A stretch of 64,000 bases of DNA from Spirochaetia bacterium (lineage in GTDB: Bacteria > Spirochaetota > Spirochaetia > UBA9216), in contig OZ223264.1 in NCBI GenBank assembly GCA_965140585.1, forward strand, positions 192,001 to 256,000. Reading direction: 5' to 3'. Position numbers and translations under genes: made by a program. The first letter of the stretch is position 1. The number at the start of each line of letters is the position of its first letter. Shown here piece after piece: positions 62,628 through 64,000 of the stretch. The notes under the pieces are model-generated. The model had not been told where the DNA came from. It worked only from the letters and a program-made list of their open reading frames with translations, and made no database searches.

Positions 62628-62793
62628 TATAATTATTCTATTTACAGTATTAGCTGTATTATTCTCTAATTTTAGTATTTGGTTATATTCGAAACAAGCA
62701 AAATTTTCGAAGATTATTAAGATTATTTTGTTTATAGTAGCAGATGGTATTTGGGCTACTTTGTTTGTAATAAAGATAATAGAAATTTTATAA
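62620..62793 (+). CDS. putative membrane immunity protein
   Basis: 57 aa, two TM, overlaps toxin stop. Confidence 0.6.
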   Translation: MNNIIILFTVLAVLFSNFSIWLYSKQAKFSKIIKIILFIVADGIWATLFVIKIIEIL

Positions 62794-62931
62794 TTCTATA
62801 TAAAGACGTTTTAAACAATTATATATGATTCCATTGGAAGTAGTCCCGGAGAACCCGGACTACTCAACAGAGTCTATTCCGATAAATAGAGTTTGTTCGA
62901 AATTTCGGAAATGATTCATCGTCCTACCAAT

Positions 62932-63040
62932 TTCGTCTAACGCGCGTTAGACGAACCCTTTAGGGCGGTGAGGGGAACTGCAGAAGCTCCGCTTCCGTCG
63001 GCAGATTTTGTAACAACGGGCTGTTGTACGAAGTCTGCCG
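62932..63040. repeat. palindrome/hairpin cluster with attC-like core sites
   Basis: perfect 24-bp TTCGTCTAACGCGCGTTAGACGAA and bulged hairpin CGGCAGA...TCTGCCG. Confidence 0.6.
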
Positions 63041-63152
63041 GTTAACTATATAAACCACCTTACAGTTTTAAGAATATTACACAATCCATTCCCCTCTAAC
63101 GGATTAAACTTCAGACAAACAATAGTGTACTGAAATACCCATATATAATATT

Positions 63153-63195
63153 ATGAAATAAGAGTTCCAATTAATGTATTAATTGAGGGAAACCT
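63153..63195. other. attR (core GTATT 63176-63180)
   Basis: phage arm ATGAAATAAGAGTTCCAATTAAT then GTATT then ssb codons. Confidence 0.85.
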
Positions 63196-63598
63196 GGTCA
63201 GAGATCCGGTTTTAAATGAAACCCCAAAGGGGACTAAAATATGCAATTTCACAATTGCAACCAACAGATACTTTAAGCAGGATGAGGAATATCAAAAAGA
63301 AGTTTCCTTCATCGATGTGGAAGCCTGGTCCAGACTTGGGGTTGTTTGTGATAATGGACTTCAAAAGGGACAGGGGGCCAGAGTTGTAGGTCGTCTGAAA
63401 CAGGACAGGTGGAATGATAAGGAGGGCGCTTTTAAATCAAGACTGAAGATTGTTGCTGAACATGTGGAATTTAAGCCTGTATTCTCGAAGGAAGAGGCCC
63501 AGGCTCGTCAGGAGGCTGAGCAGGTAGATCTATCCCAGGAGGCCGTTGCGAATGTCGTAACGCCGGAACTGGACCCTGTCGCGGATTCAGTGATTTAA
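63176..63598 (+). pseudogene. ssb: 3' part of prophage-interrupted single-stranded DNA-binding protein
   Basis: VLIEGNLVRDP..TPKGTKICNFTIATNR..FIDVEAW..KGQGARVVGRLKQDRW; reconstituted gene 146 aa. Confidence 0.93.
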
Positions 63599-63618
63599 AT
63601 ATTTTAATATGTGATGCG

Positions 63619-63660
63619 GCGGAAGCCCGGAATATCCCGGCTTCCGCTTACCCTTTTTTT
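63619..63660 (+). terminator. terminator after ssb
   Basis: GCGGAAGCC...GGCTTCCGC then T-rich tract. Confidence 0.65.
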
Positions 63661-63707
63661 CAAAAATACCGGTGGAAATATAGGCTTCAGCAGGGCATAA
63701 TCAGTTT

Positions 63708-64000
63708 ATGATGCGTGAAGATTTGCAGGAAATAATGAATAAAGTTGATCTGTTTTATAAAAACGGCAGGAGCCGTGATGCTGAACCGCTTCTGCAAAAA
63801 AGTGCAGAGGATTTTGAACAAAAGTATGGCAGGAATGAAGGCTATGCTGCTATAGTGAGCGAACTTGGAGCCCTGTACAGGGAATTAAGTGATTACAGCA
63901 GGGCGGAATACTGTTTTTCAGAGGCCGGAGAAACGTTGAAAAGCTGTGCGGGTGAAAATAATCTGGAATATGCCACTATTATTAATAATACTGCCGGGCT
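63708..64000 (+). CDS. TPR-repeat protein (3' end outside window)
   Basis: MMREDLQE..AEPLLQ..ELGALYRELSDYSRAE..YATIINN. Confidence 0.75.
   Translation, partial: MMREDLQEIMNKVDLFYKNGRSRDAEPLLQKSAEDFEQKYGRNEGYAAIVSELGALYRELSDYSRAEYCFSEAGETLKSCAGENNLEYATIINNTAG

Larger units (their letters stand above)
23991..63180. mobile_element. temperate HK97-type siphovirus prophage, ~39.2 kb, integrated in ssb
   Basis: serine integrase at left end, packaging/head/tail/lysis modules, AT-rich, GTATT core at both ends reconstituting ssb. Confidence 0.95.

Overview
Chromosomal window from a spirochaete (FlcA-type flagellar collar gene, spirochaete-like housekeeping genes). About 1-23.9 kb and the last 0.8 kb are host DNA: pcrA/uvrD, ferredoxin, rplM-rpsI-recX-acyP, an MCP, eno, a divergent ProRS, an oppABCDF operon, a nitrilase, a CBM48 protein, flcA, ilvE and a TPR protein. 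Positions 23991-63180 are an apparently complete, visibly AT-richer, ~39.2 kb HK97-type siphovirus prophage. A large serine recombinase has inserted it into codon 7-8 of an ssb gene (shared core GTATT). The prophage has an atypical early region: no recognisable cI, two sigma-like proteins, and a C5-MTase/HNH/radical SAM block. It also has a lipoprotein moron, head and tail genes, an unusual lysis cassette (DUF261-like enzyme, overlapping spanin-like pair) and a ~11.6 kb cargo arm (Vsr-Dcm-MvaI/BcnI R-M, frameshifted Abi_C, an unknown two-gene PD-(D/E)xK operon, lipoproteins, orphan Rhs toxin/immunity). A 16-bp palindrome family (TGAGCCAnnTGGCTCA) recurs at least 9 times in the non-structural arms and often marks cargo boundaries. 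All calls are by eye and motif recall, with no database searches. Small indels in conserved host genes suggest some assembly errors, so frameshift claims need read-level checks.
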